This document shows positions 1 to 13,208 of a DNA stretch of 64,000 nucleotides, piece after piece. The notes under the pieces are model-generated. The model had not been told where the DNA came from. It saw only the letters and a list, made by a program, of their open reading frames with translations, and ran no database searches. The translations under genes were made by a program, and so were the position numbers. The DNA is taken from the NCBI GenBank assembly GCA_001949185.1, contig BDGG01000015.1, positions 997,036 through 1,061,035 of the forward strand. The letters run 5' to 3'. This stretch comes from Ramazzottius varieornatus. Lineage: Eukaryota; Animalia; Tardigrada. How positions within the stretch are numbered: the stretch's first letter is position 1; the number at the start of each line of letters is the position of its first letter.

Positions 1-3
1 CAA

Positions 4-2052
4 TTATTTCATCGTCATCACCCAAACACAGTCCTTGAGGCATGTTAAATTCCCCTTCGCCATTTCCATATCCGCCGAAGCTTTTCCTAGAAACAAAACG
101 TAAGAAGTGAGAAGAAGATAATTCAGAAAAAAAGCCGATAAACTTCGGAAAATTTCAGCGAACGTGATTTGCAGTGCTTGTGGGCATTCAGCGGCGGCCA
201 CGGCGTTCTCCAGGCTTTCCGAAGCGAAGAAGTTCTCGGTAGAAGGTTGGAAGAGGGAGGGTGGGTAATAAGGTCGTGCGCGCTGCTGGACCTCCTGCAC
301 TCGACCTTCATGGCCATTCTGGACGCTCTTTTGCATACCGTTGCGCGGTCCGCTCACCATTCCCTGCTGACCACGAGGCGCCATCGAGTTGTTGTTGTTC
401 TTGTGACCGATGGTCCCGGTGAAGTTGGAGTTGTTCTGTCGGTTTCGCGAGTCGAATCTGTTGTAGTTGGTGGGCGGAGAGGCGGCCGCGTTGGCGTATG
501 GATTCTGCGCCATACCCCCGTCGTAAGACGAGTTGTCCATGTCACCAGCATCACGCATGTCAATACGACCATCTGCAAGAAGAAATATCACCAAGGCTAG
601 CAGAAGAGAGAAGTTCCCAACACTTTCCCCCAACAAACAATTAAAATCCCGGATCGTTTTCCCAAGTGGCGCGCGTTGGCGGCAGATACTACAGCAACCG
701 TGCGCCACTTTGGAAAACGCTCTGGTCGACTTTGTTCGGCTACATAGCCAGACCCTGAAAGGGGAGGAGTTGAACGTGCGCGAGACAGCCACCCACGCAC
801 ACTGCACACAACTGAATGCACACTGCACTTGGCTGCAGCAATATGCGCTTGCTGTGCATGACGTTAACGTAAGAGCCAATGGCAAGCCTTTGCATGAAAT
901 GATGGCACGCCAGAGGGCGCAACAGGTAAAGACTGCAACTTTTCCTGCTTCGAAACTTCGAATGCAGAGTCAGCTGTTACACTTACATGGATTAGCGTTC
1001 TGGTTCAGAGGCTCAGCTCCTCTTCGTCGGCCCTCGTATCCGTCGCTGGGCGGTGGTGGAAAGCCTCGCCAAGTGCTGACGGCGACGCGGGTGGCTGGCG
1101 GTGGACAGGAACGGTTGGGGCCATGATAGACTTCCGGCAGAGAATGGTTACGAGGGCGACTGGCACCAAAGGGCGCAGCCGCGCTGCTTGGGCGTCGGCC
1201 AGTACGGGCGTTCCATTGTTCGGCCGCAGCACGTTCAATCTCCACCTGGCTTCGGGCAGAGCAAACAGGAGGCTGGTGAATGGCTGGTAGAGGCATTCGG
1301 TTGTTGCGGAAGAAGTTGCCGCTGAGTTGCTGAGGCGGATTCAGACGATTGACTCCGTTCTGCTGGTGAGGTTGATGATGTAGCAGGAAAGCGGGCTTCA
1401 TTTGTTGTCGCTCTTGCATGGTTTCATTCTCGTCCTTCAGCACACCTTCCACTGGGGACACACAAAGAAACAAGCATCAGCAATGGAATTAGGGCTCGAG
1501 GAAAATGAAAAAGGAAACAAAACACAGACTTTTGAGCTTTCGAGCCAACTGAACCATCTTTTCCATCTCCATGGCCCCGTCGAAGCCGTTGTTGAACGAT
1601 GAGGAGGAAGGAGGGCTTCCCTGGGTCATCAATGCCGGTGAAGGAAGGGCTGAGCTGCCACGGGAAGAGGACGACATCCAGGTAGCGCTGCCCGAGCTGC
1701 TGGACATGCAGGGCGGCCACTGCGACACGTTCTGCGAGACATTGTGGGGAGGAAGTAGCAGGGACGTGGCCGAGTTCAGGCTATTGTTAGTAAAGAGTTG
1801 CTCCTGCGAGCCATGGTTCATGTTGGAGAAGCACAGGGAAGTCACGTTCAAGTCGAGAGAATCGCATGAACTCGCGCGCTGTTCCTTTCTGACATCATCG
1901 CTACCCAAGCCGTTCCACAACAGCCCTCCCAAGCTGCCAATCTGTTCTCGGTACCGTGCCTCACCACCAAAAACCGGATCCTGGAAATAGCCGGAGGGAA
2001 GCGTCAGGGAAGGCGGGATGGATGGACGGTGGAGAGAGGTGGCAGCCTCCAT
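4..2052 (-). CDS. Uncharacterised multi-exon, low-complexity (S/P/N/Q-rich) protein
   Basis: ORF segments 1489-2067, 970-1473 and the lower part of 4-885 can be joined at GT/AG sites (e.g. GTAAG donor ~987, acceptor ~573). ATG at 2052 (MEAATSLHRP), TAA at 4-6. No family recognised; exon boundaries approximate. Confidence 0.55.
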
Positions 2053-2523
2053 CTTGCTTTTCGTCACCTTCGAACTCTGGCTTGTTTCCTCCGGTTCAAC
2101 GACCAGTCTTTTCCTCGTCAGTCATCTGTAAAACAACAAAGCCTTCACGTGCTCCTAAAAGAAAAAACACAGGTTAAAAGCATACACTTTCTTCCCCTTG
2201 AAACGAAGGATAAAACGGTAAAAAAGCTGTTTGTGTCAGCGACTTTTGTTCGAATAAACGAGCAGCCTGTTTTCTTTCGATCAGATCAAGAACGAAACGA
2301 TGGGCATCCAGCCACCTGTGAAGAACAACAAGGGGAGCAAGTCGTCGTCAACTGGCATTCGAATCTCGGCTCTCTGGCCTCTCTCACTTTCGACCTTTGC
2401 TGGACCCGTGCCAGAAAGCACTACAAGCTACGACGCAGTGCGACGCTAGGGCGCTTTCACGGTGATGTCAGGGAAACCGTCTTGGGATATGCTTGCTGGT
2501 GGCCCCACTTAATTTCAGGCGAC

Positions 2524-2531
2524 TGACGTCA
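2524..2531. promoter_or_regulatory. Full palindromic CRE (TGACGTCA) upstream of the first gene
   Basis: Exact TGACGTCA just upstream of the likely 5' UTR exon. Function untested. Confidence 0.3.
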
Positions 2532-3326
2532 TATGGGTGGAAGAAACGACAACACGTACGCGCAACGTGAGCCGAGGGCGACGCTACGGTTTGAGTCTTC
2601 GGGAGTACGGTACCGTGGGTACGCCGTAGCTTCTCTGCTCAATGGTCATCGCGGAAACCGTTGTTTGCTCCCGGATTGCAAGCTGAAAGGAAACTGACGA
2701 AAGACTGCGTTTCGCCGTTTGTCACCTCCGAGTTCACTCAGTTCAGACCTCAAAATTTCAAGAGCTTGGCCAAATCTCCTGCGTTCTTCCTTTCTGCTTA
2801 GTAGTCCACAAAGTAAACAACTGATCACGCATGATTTGGGGAAACAACACACCCAAAATGGTTTTATACTGTACAACCTTTGGAACTCCATACGAAAAAG
2901 AAGCAAGATGATGCACTTCGTTAAATAAAACGTGAACAAGAACATAGTGCTCTCAGAAGAGGCGCGCGCGCTCAACAACCAAAGAATTCGCATCCGTATC
3001 TTCTGTGTAATTTGGTTATACAGACAAGTTTTGCAAAGGAAGCTCAACGCGTGAAATTTTCGGTCTTCACAACGAAACATCTTGCCAGCGTTGGTCCGCT
3101 GCGCTTCTGCGGCTTGCTCCAGGAGTATACACGGAACGTTCGCGCCTACACAGACAGATCACAACAGACGTTTTCGTGCGGGCCACACAAAAGGCTTAAA
3201 CGCTGAAGGTTCCGTCAGTAAAGAATCAACACTACAGTATTGGTGTTATCGGATAAGCAAATTTAGTTACGGATAAGTGCAAAAAATTGCAAACGGTGGG
3301 ACAAGCCGGAGCGCATGTTATGCAGC

Positions 3327-4642
3327 TTACGCATGCGAACTTTGCGAGGGTCTCGGACCAAGACGGGAAGAGTTGATTTGGCTGCCCACTGAGTCAACCT
3401 GGATCATCATCGTGCGACCTACAAAGAGATTACATGGAAAAAAACGAGCGAGTCAGAAGGATATGACGAAGAGGGAACTCAGCCGGAAGTTAGGCTATCG
3501 GCACTGGATAACTTTACTGGGGTTAGGCATACCGTCGAGTTCTCTGTTGTTGTATTCATCCTTCGCTTCGATAGCCAGGTTGCGTTGGTGGAAATTGACA
3601 ATGGCGATTCCGGGGCTGTCGAAGCTAGCGCCAGCGAAACCTTGGAAAGCGCTGAATAAGTCCTACGGAAAGAAGCCCATTGATATACGCTTCCTCCCAC
3701 AACTTCAGCGTCGGCGAACAGTGAGATAATAGGCGAATAAACTTACGCTTAGGTCGTTCAATGTGACTGAAGATGCCAAGTTGGCGATCCGAAGGCAGCA
3801 GGGTCCATTATTCGATGGTGCAGATGCGGCGGAAGTGGATGGTCTGTTGGATGTGGACGCTTGGACACCTCGCACCAAAGGAGCCAAAACGGGAGTCATT
3901 GCTGCCCTCTAACCAAGGTACAGCACTGATTTGCGCATAATTTCTTCGAACGAAATGTGTAGGAACAGTCTGATGAAAAAGGTTACCACAGCTTCACTGA
4001 AGGCTCTCTTATCCGTGACCGAACTCAACTGGAAACCAGCGGAGTTTACGTTGTTACTCCGTACAGCACCGGGCTAAAAAAGACAGAATCCGTCAGCCAA
4101 AATCTTCTCGTCGTACACCCACGAACAAACAGAGAGGCAACGCGCGCTGAATCAGATGTACTTACTGCTCGTCCTCCTCTGGATATCTGCTTCGAGCTAA
4201 TTATCTGTCGAGCATCGGTGATGTATCCGATCTGACGGCGTCTCCCGGCAGCCTTCTTCGACTGTCCTCGGCTATAAAAGAAAGACAAGAATCATCAGTG
4301 ACGTTGGACAAAGTGGTACGAGATATCGCACCACATCTCTACCTGGACTGAGACTGATTCCGGTTGATGGTAGCCCGCGCATCGCCATTCCGCTTCGTCT
4401 TCTTACCACCAGCGTTCTTGTTTCTCCGACGCGCAGGCTTGGCACTTCCAGCAGATGTATTCCCCAAACGCTTCGCTTTGCCACCCTGCTTCTTGGACTT
4501 GCGACTGGAACAACAGAATAATGAGAGTCCATGTCCAGCTACAGTATTTGAAGTACGAAGGAAAAACCAACCGCGCTACCGAGCGTTCAAAAAGTCCAGC
4601 CACATTCTTCAGAGCCACTTACTTGTTGGCATTCGGAGCCAT
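3327..4642 (-). CDS. POLDIP3: POLDIP3/SKAR-like RNA-binding protein (basic N-terminus with DAR motifs, C-terminal RRM), 7 short exons
   Basis: Manual splice: MAPNANNRKSKKQGGK..GDARATI..TDARQII..CLRIANLASSVTLNDLS|DLFSAFQGFAGASFDSPGIAIVNFHQRNLAIEAKDEYNNRELDG|RTMMIQV..HA*. The RRM resembles POLDIP3 (PG-A-V-F..YNNR-LDG-M). All introns GT-AG and in phase. Confidence 0.75.
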
Positions 4643-4830
4643 CCCGAATATCCCTTGTGATCCCAGAAAGGAAAACGAATCCGGTAATCGAAGGAACGGA
4701 GACGGTCGAGAAAGAAGCTAACACTGGAATTTCAATTAGCGAAGTTTCATATTAAGCGGTGTTAACTAGAGAGATTGCGGTTTTCGAAATTTAAAAACAT
4801 GGTGTTGGGACATACGAAAATCACGAGATA

Positions 4831-4884
4831 CGCCATCTTACGTCAGAGTATGGCTGACCAATTCAGTCTATTTGCGTTGATTGG
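4831..4884. promoter_or_regulatory. Candidate bidirectional promoter core between POLDIP3-like and SWEET
   Basis: CGCCATCTT (YY1/Pho-type) 4831-4839, TACGTCA (CRE-like) 4839-4845, CCAAT 4858-4862 and reverse ATTGG 4880-4884, between head-to-head start codons. Confidence 0.4.
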
Positions 4885-5354
4885 CTGGCCGTTACCTACT
4901 TCAGCTGTTTCTTCCGGCCCGTAATTCCGTAAATGGCCAGCGTGGCTGATTTGTTTTCGTTTGACGCGGTTTGTGAACTTCGCGGTCCGTTCTTAGATTC
5001 TCAAGCTTTTCTTTGCAGGCTGTATTCGCTGTCCAACGAACAGACCCCGTTGAAGGACAGGATATTAATGAGGAAGTGCGGAACATCTGGTGGAGCCGGG
5101 ACGCCAACTGACAGGACGGAGCGGAGCTGATCGACGGTCGCGGAGCAGCTTGTCCAACTTACAACGTAACAACCCTAACTCCCAACAGCAACGTCGTTCC
5201 AGTGTGCCAAGTTGTGAATGATACCTTGCATTCCCCCTGTACATGGGTGGTTGTCGCTGGTACTGCGGAAACCTCGTCCGCATCTGCTAACAACCTAGCT
5301 GTCGAGTGCGGGGAGTTGTCCGTTATAGTCACTTATAAAGCATCTTCAGTGACC

Positions 5355-6446
5355 ATGTCTCTGTATACGCTGACCAACGCCGTTTCCGTCTTCGCTACGA
5401 TAACTACCATCGGTCAGTTCCTGTCGGGAATGTAAGTTGCCTCCGAGGATGTTCTGTGCAAGCTGCTGACAGCGATAAAATGTCCGTCGCTCGGGCATAT
5501 GCATTCTTCACCTCCAGTCTGTCTTTCATTATAGTCCTTCCTGCCGGAAGATTGTTCGAAATGGTACCACCGGAGAACTCTCTGGTTTACCTTTCGTCGC
5601 CGCGCTATTCAGGTACATATTTCGTGTTTCCCTATCAATTTCTTGGTTATTTGACACAATGGCATTGTTTGGCAGCTGCGCCATGTGGACACACTATGGA
5701 GTCCTCAAAGGCGACACTCCCCTCACCGTCGTCAACGTTATAGGACTACTGCTGCAAGTTGTCTACATTATTGTCTTCTGGAAATATTCAGCGTCGAAGG
5801 TGGGACTGCTTGTGAAATTTCCTGGCGGTGCCCGATGTTGTGATTTATTATTGTATGATGTAGAATCATATCAACCAGCAGACAGCCTCTTCGCTGGGAG
5901 CCGTCCTCCTGATTATAATCGCCACACGGATGCTGACCGAGAACAAGGAAGAAGCCGTCCTCTATCAGGGGCTAATCTGCTGCGTAGCCACCTGCTTCTT
6001 CTGCGCAGCTCCGCTCGCAACCTTGGTAAGTTTACTTTCTAGACAAAAGACAACAATCATACCGGCTATGAAGCATGGCAGTCTATCCATCATTATAATT
6101 GCCACCGTTTTAAAAGGCACATGTTTTGCGAACGCGAAATACGGAAACTCTGCCTTTCATTTGGATCCTGATGACCTTCCTGGTCTGCTCCGAGTGGCTG
6201 CTGTACGGATACTTGATACAAGACGTCTTCGTACAGGTAGGTCTGTCGTCAGGTTGGCTCAGGACGACCTAAGCTGTCAGAGTCTTTCGCTTCCTGGCCA
6301 GTTACTGCATCATTAATGTTTTCTCTTTGCAGTTTCCCAATTTTGTAGGAATGCTCTTGTCTGGCATTCAGTTGAGTTTATTTCTATTCTTCCCAAGTCG
6401 GGACTACAGTAACAAGGGTATTATCGGTACCAGCTCCCTGCCTTGA
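5355..6446 (+). CDS. SLC50A1: SWEET-family sugar transporter (SLC50A1/SWEET1), 6 exons
   Basis: MSLYTLTNAVSVFATITTIGQFLSG..GTTGELSGLPFVAALFSCAMWTHYGVLKGD..VVNVIG..FCAAPLATLAHVLRTRNTETLPF..WLLYGYLIQDVFVQFPNFVG..QLSLF: two MtN3/saliva repeats. TGA 6444-6446. Confidence 0.92.
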
Positions 6447-6800
6447 ACGCCGAAAATATCCTGTCATGTGTTTATAGTTTGCACCTTCTAGTTTTCTGAA
6501 GCTCAGCCGAGCGGGACGCTTTTTCAGTGTTGCATGTGATGCCACTTCTCGACAGTTATTTTGGTGATTATGCCTTTGTACTGTATCAGTTTTGCTGCTG
6601 ATACGACGAAGGCATAATTGGTGATTTTCAAGGGGTATGAACAAATAAAAACATGTTGAATAAAAAAGAAGCACCGAAACACGCGTGTGGACAGATTTGA
6701 GGGAATGATCGAAAACGAAAGAGGGTTGCAAAGCTGCTCAAACACGATCAAGCTCCGAACATGCCGAAATGCGCAAAAGAAAGAAACAAGATTCCAAACA

Positions 6801-8644
6801 CTAGCTCGTTCTAATCTCGTAGTCACCGTTCTGCGTGATGTAACGAACCCAAGGAAGAGCTTGATAGCCGCTCTTCTCAATGATCTTCAGATATCGCACC
6901 TGAAACAAGGCAGACATTGCATACGATATGACGTCTTTACCTGTTTCGCAGCTCGGCTGTGAAGTACTGTAGTCAATTTACCTGAATGCCCGATGTGGTA
7001 AAATAAGGTATTTCAAACTTGACGCGGATGGGCGGCTTGCCTTCCTGTTCTTGCGACTCCACGCTGGGAAGGTTGAAGTGAGCCTTCATGATGAACTCTT
7101 TACCGCCCTAAAACGCACAAACACAATTTTATCTACTTATTCAGACAAGGAAACTAGGAAAAAGAGGTGTTGCGAAGTGCGCGGCCTTACCGGGAAGGAC
7201 CTGATGGTCCATATGGTGGCGTTCTCTTCGGGTACGTAACGGACACTTCCCACCGTTGTCTTGAAGCGAGGTGTATCAGCGTCGTTGGGCACTGGTATTA
7301 TTATCTCAACGTTGTTGGCAGTGGATCGTCGCTTAAACTGACTTTTGGCCTGTCAAACGGGCGAAAATCGAATAAGGTCGACGCGGAAAGAACCCTTCCG
7401 GAAGAAGAACAGCAGCAAACCTACTTTGACCATGTATTCCACTCGACTGTGCGAGTGCCTTTCTATCACTGACTCAATCCATATTAAAGGTTTAACCTGC
7501 AACAAAAACGTACATCGATGCCCTGGTTCAGGTCCTGAATCATCACATGATGCTCACCTGAGTACTGAGGCGGTAAGACATAAGCTCAAACTCTCCATCG
7601 GGGGGAATGAAGGATATCGTCCTGTCATTTTCGAACCGAGCAAGGCGAACACACTGGTGAAACTTGACATCCTCCAGCTCGACTGACTTTGACTTTGCGC
7701 CTACAGCAAACTGAATTAGAAAAGAAATGTCGAGAAGGACGGAAGCTAGTGTCATACTTGCTCCGGCCCGTCCAGTGGACTCGAAGAGGACCTTGTCATT
7801 CAAGCCCAAGCGTAGTTCCGGCATGCCCGACAGAAAGACTCTCATCTTGATGGCGCCACAAATCTCACTGCGCAGCACTGTGCCGTTGACATTGACCAAG
7901 AGGTTGACGGACTCGATGACATCGAGAAAGACCTCGTTCTTGCGGTACTTGATGCCTTCGGAGCGCCAGGAGACGGCGTTAGTCACGGCCATCGGCGGAC
8001 GGGGAGCTATCTCCAGCTTGGTCCCTTCTTGCGTTATATACTCTTGAAGGATCTTGCTGTCGGTCGTCTGCGGGTTGCCGAAATCCATCAGTTCGTCCAG
8101 CAGCTCGTAAATAACAACAAAGTTATCACGGATACTTTCCTCTTCGAACTCTTTGAAATATTCTTTAAAAACCTACAAATAAAAAAACTACATTTATTCA
8201 GCACAGAATATCCGTAACTGTATCACTTACTTCCACGGTCTTGTGAAGGAAGGAAAAAATCATGGCGATGTTGGCGTTCTTCTTGCTGGTGGCGACAACT
8301 AAAAGAAGACATGGTAACGTTCTTCAATTTCTTCGAGGGAAGAAATCTAATGGTCTGCATACTTACGGTATAAATTATTAAATTTCACATAAGCAAAGGT
8401 AACTCCGGCTGTGGTGATTAACGGCGTGATGTTACCCTCCTCTTCCCTTTCCGTTAGCACGGGTATAAACTTATCGATGATGCCAAAGTCGATGTCGCCG
8501 CGGTAGTTACGGGATATCATCACCTGTCAGAAGAAGTAACTCAGTGTGATTATGGTAAAGGCAGAGTCCGAGATTACAGTCATGCCGCAGAATACAACGT
8601 GCCTTTCCCTTAGAGTCCAGGATGTATATCGCCGACGCAGACAT
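6801..8644 (-). CDS. AP1M1: AP-1 complex subunit mu-1
   Basis: MSASAIYILDSKGK|VMISRNYRGD..VSWRSEGIKYRKNEVFLDVIE..DVKFHQCVRL..FIPPDGEFELMSYRL..VRYLKIIEKSGYQALPWVRYITQNGDYEIRTS*. First intron (8524-8602) is GC-AG. Confidence 0.96.
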
Positions 8645-9496
8645 AGTCAAGCCTTTGGTCTCCGCAGGGGATACTTGTTCCGTCCACAGATCCGAAGGAT
8701 GTGGAAAGTTTCGCTGATGACGTGCACACTTGAAGGTAGCACGTTTGGACTAGGGCAGCCCGAAGCCTTGAGTCTATCCCATCACTTTTCGCGTCCCCGC
8801 CAAGAGCTCGATGTCGTCGAGTAGCACCAGTGAAGATTCCGCCCCAGCATCACTTTGAACTTCGATAGACCAAGACACGCGAGATGGACGCGAGAAGATG
8901 TGAATCGAGATGATAATCGTCACGCCAAAAAAATCATAAATCTCAACCATAGTGTGACCACTTGGGTTGACTGGCTTCAATGGTAGATGTACAGCTTTTT
9001 ATTAACTCCGACAAGTGTGAGTTGATTAATTGATGCTTCGGCCTTCGAGATGAAGGTTGTAATTACCAGATATACCAGAGGTGCCAGCTACCGCAACCAG
9101 GGCATGACCAGGCGTAAAAAGATGATTTACGTTGTCCACTTCCGGCGGACCATCCTCGTATCTTATCAGTGTCTGGAGTGATATCTCCAGAGTCTCGACT
9201 CTCGATTCTCGAGGTTTCATCATAGTAGATTAATCACCCTAATTTATCTACTGGGGTCCTGCCATCTGAGGGTTTTAAGGGGTAGGGATCGTGATATCTG
9301 TGCAGCTGTGATTTGCAGGATAAAGATGGGGACAATGCGGATTTCTCATATTGGGAACAGTAACAGCTGACGTTCGGATTACGGAGGCTATATCGAACCG
9401 GTTTGACTCTGTATCATACTCGCATCGATTCTTCCAGCGGCGTTATCCTCTTCAATTCTGTATTGCGCGAGCTCTGGATCAGCCGTCGAGTTGGGA

Positions 9497-12400
9497 ATGG
9501 ATAACCTGGAGATGTGCCTGTTGCAGCAAGCTGTGGGCACCGTCCATATCTGCAGAGGAGAAGAGGAGAGCTACGAATGGAAGGACATCACTCAAGATTT
9601 CCTCGAGTGGACATCGGAGATGCAGGAAGGCGAACTCCTCTCCATCCCCTCCTTCACCCTGTACGACGCCATGTCTGCCATAGAACTCATGGACCACAAA
9701 ATGGACGTCGGATTGCTCCTCAAGCAGCGCAAAGTAATTCCCTTCGAACATGCATATGCGTCGTCATTAGATGTTATATAAAGGTTTGTTGTTGCAGGTG
9801 ACGTCTTTCCAGCACGGTGTGGACAGCAAATGGCTAAAGCTCAGCGGCTTCTCCGTGGAGGAATACCTGGCCGTGATAGACCGCAGTCTTTCCAATTTCG
9901 TCTTATGGATGCAAGGCCACTGCGTCGCTCAAACCGTCTTCACTTTTGTCTACCTTCACCGTCCCCAAGACATCCAAGATGAACTGATGAAATCCTACTG
10001 TCAGACTCTTTTAGCTCTTACTGAAGCCGTCCGAACCATCATGGTCAACGGCTCCGTCTTTGAGGAAGAAGACTTCCAGGTATAAACATATTCACAACTT
10101 TATGTCAAATGTTGTCTGAATATATGTTTTTAGGTTTCTTCGCCGTTCATCCAGTCCACCGAAGAAATCTCCATCCCTAGTTTGGCCGTCCTGAGCAAGA
10201 ACCTCAAAGTTTCGGAAGACGTGTGCAGCAAGAACTTTCGTCGATTAAAGTCGGAGGAAGGCCAAGAAGCGCAGTTGTGGAACGCCTTAGCTTTGCGCTT
10301 CAAGTTCTGCAAGACCCTCCTGCAGCTCCTGACCTTCTTCAATAGCCCGGGCAGTGAGAAGATGTTCACCGAGGTGTCGCAGTTAGCCGATGTTCTGCTT
10401 CTAACGACAGAAAAGATTGTCAACGCACCGGAGCTTTCCGAGGAGGTGCTGAAAGAGACGGCGGGATTCGAGCCGCTGATCAACCTCCATCTACTTCCCC
10501 CCTCCTTCCCCCGCCATACGCCGCTGACACTGGAGGAGAAAACCTTTACCTTCTTCCACAGGTTGATTCAACAGGTTAAAGTGCTGGTGCTCTTACCGGA
10601 GAAAGCCAGGTCCATGGAGAGTCTCATGTTCTTCCTCAGCACCGAAGGCGCCGTCCTCGACACCACATTAACAAGGTACAATGCTCACCTTCACATTGTC
10701 ACAAATTCGTTTTTGATCTCCAGGCTTGACAGGTTCCATCGTCTTCTGCTTTTATCGGATAAGATCCTTCTGAAGAAGCATCTGGTTTTTTCTCTTATCT
10801 TGGTTTCATGTATGCAGGTCGCTGGCACAAATTGTTATAAGTTTGGCCGTCAACTGGCGCAAGGTCTCCGTGAACTTGCCTTCTAAAGTCTCATCTGCTC
10901 AGCCCGCGGCGGCGGACTTTGTCAGCTTCTCTATACGCGCCTTCTCCGGTGCGCCCGTTCTGCTGAACAATCTTCCGCAGCTAGACAACGTCCCGCATGC
11001 CAGAGACTATGCTCGAACGTTTGTCGACAGCTGCGTAACGCTGGCATCCAATGTTGTGAGGATCTACGGCATGAACAAAGCCAGAAGGAGAGACGCACTT
11101 GCCACTTCGCTGGCCGAATGGTTCTCTATACAGGACGACGCGGAAAAGCTCGATGAATACTTCAACCTTCAGCTAGCTGTAAGTCCAAGTTTTGTACAAA
11201 TTCAGGAGGCTGGCAAATGGTCGTTTTCCCAAGTGACGCACGTCGCCAGCCAATAACACTGTAGACGTGCATCACTTGACAGCTGGACAAGAGAGCTTTC
11301 CCAGTGGCGCATCCTACCAGCCAATGGCACTGGAAGGGTGCGCCACTTGACATGACAATCTGGCTGGATTCATTTGCCGACGCCCTATGTATTCCCCAGT
11401 TGGATAATCGATCTATGGAATGTTGTGCAGGCAGCAAAGTTAAACGGGCTGAACCACACCTTCTGCTTCGGTTCGTGGACCCTTCACAATATGCTGAACA
11501 TCATGGCCGACTACCTTTTCCTGGGGCTAGACTTGGAGCTGTATGCCGATAGCGAGCTGCACTTCATCTACTGGTACCTGTACGACGTCATACTGCACTG
11601 CCACGTCCAGGCCATCCTCCGAGCCGATGCCGTCCTTCATCATAACGAGGCGGCTTGCCAGCATCTACAAGACGTAAGTCAAGCTGACAGTTTCCCCATG
11701 TCTCTCTTGGATTCCACTATTGAGATTTTTTGGCTGTATTGGTAGGCAGCTGGTGACAGTAGGAAGAACGGCAAGAAGAAGGCGGGGAAAGCTCAAAGGA
11801 ATGGAGTGGACCACGAAATAGCCACTTCGCCCTCACATACAACCACCCTGGCCAGACTACAAACTCTCCATCACCTTTGTGGAGCTTTCCATTTTGCCAT
11901 TCTAGCGCTGAAGTGGCAAGGGAAACTGACGGGGCCGCAACAGTCTTTAGACTGCGAAGAACTCAGATACTATTACCGGTTAGTTAGACGGGCGTCGCTT
12001 GCTCATTTGAAATAGCTGTATCAGGAAGGATTGTGTCGATTAGGTTGATGGCTTTCATGGAGAGGAACGCCCCGGCTTTCGTCGACTACGGTCAGTATCA
12101 GCTGGTCAAGTCGGTCATGGCTCGCAACAAGCTCAACCCCATCAACACGCTTCCGTTGGAGTCGGAAGAGAATAGTTGGCCTACGATCAAGGATGCCCTG
12201 GACAGATCTTCCATTAATTTCCAGCAAGCTGAGAGGATGCTAGGAATATGGGCTAGCGAGAAAGAAGTACGAGTTTCAATCTCGCAAGTCAGACTGTCTT
12301 TTCCGCCTATGACCATAAAGTGGTGTTTTCCGTTGCAGAAAGTGGCTTTGAGCGCGTTATGTAAACGAAACGATGTGACGGTGCGCATACTGGCAACGAA

Positions 12401-12563
12401 TAGCTCGAAGGTAAGTTACAAAGGCGCTAGCCATACGTTCATCATTTATTGATGGTGGTCAAGTGAGGAAAGATTGGTGCGTGATAATGTTGTTATTTCC
12501 ATGTAGAAAGTGGAGTTCAAGTTTGACTTGCACCCGTGGTTTCCTAGTCTGAAGCTGTCGTGA
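9497..12563 (+). CDS. NAA35: N-alpha-acetyltransferase 35, NatC auxiliary subunit (MAK10)
   Basis: WKDITQDF..GELL..FTLYDAMSAIELMDHKMDVG, WMQGHCVAQTVFTFVYLH, VFEEEDFQ, GFEPLINLHLLPPSFPR, GLDLELYADSELHFIYWYL, C-terminal FDLHPWFPSLKLS*. The start may extend to an exon near 9326. Confidence 0.92.
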
Positions 12564-13208
12564 TAGCCTCCTTCCTCACGGTCACAGCACGGTTTGTTTC
12601 TTCCAAATAGAGTGCTTCGCCCACGTTGCTCACCTGTCTCTTGTCTCTTCTCCTCTCAGGTGATGTTTTTTGTTTCAATCAGAACGGTGCACTTTTGCTG
12701 CTTTCACCTTTGTGGTTGCGATACCGTTGTGTAATGCGGTGTGGAACCGTAGCGGTACCGGTGCAATGGATAGCAGTATTGGATAGTGTTTGAGCTTCCT
12801 AATGCAGTATCCAACAACAGTTTGCCGCGGGGCAGAAATGATCAAAGGCTGGTTAGCAGACAGAACTTAGCGGTGCAATAACTTGATTAGACAGCGGCAA
12901 AGTTAGGTAACAACTGGAAAGATCGACGAACCTGCCGCAAAGGCTGAACAACAAACCGAGACCAAGAAATATGAATGACGACTTTTTTCTTATAGCCACG
13001 AGTTGCTCTTGGAACTATTTTCTAGCTGACAAAAATGCTGGGGAAATTTCACCGCTTAACGTGATCCACGAGAAACGGAAGTTCGGCCTTGCTGGGCTGC
13101 GCGCGTTAATCTGCTTTGCATTGGTTTTTTGCCCAGATAGATCCCAACTGGTTTTCTGAAGTGAATTCAAATAAGGAAAGTACGCTTCTTTGGTACGACA
13201 AACTGAAG

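Noticed and set aside
533-1126. 197-aa plus-strand ORF and other long antisense ORFs across the window
   Set aside because: They overlap better-supported opposite-strand exons or introns and have no recognisable motifs.
7701-7757. Apparent 19-aa insertion in AP1M1
   Set aside because: It is a 57-nt stop-free GT-AG intron read through by the ORF finder; no evidence for retention.
8774-9223. Small minus-strand ORFs between AP1M1 and NAA35
   Set aside because: Short, with no motifs; they lie in the divergent promoter/UTR region.
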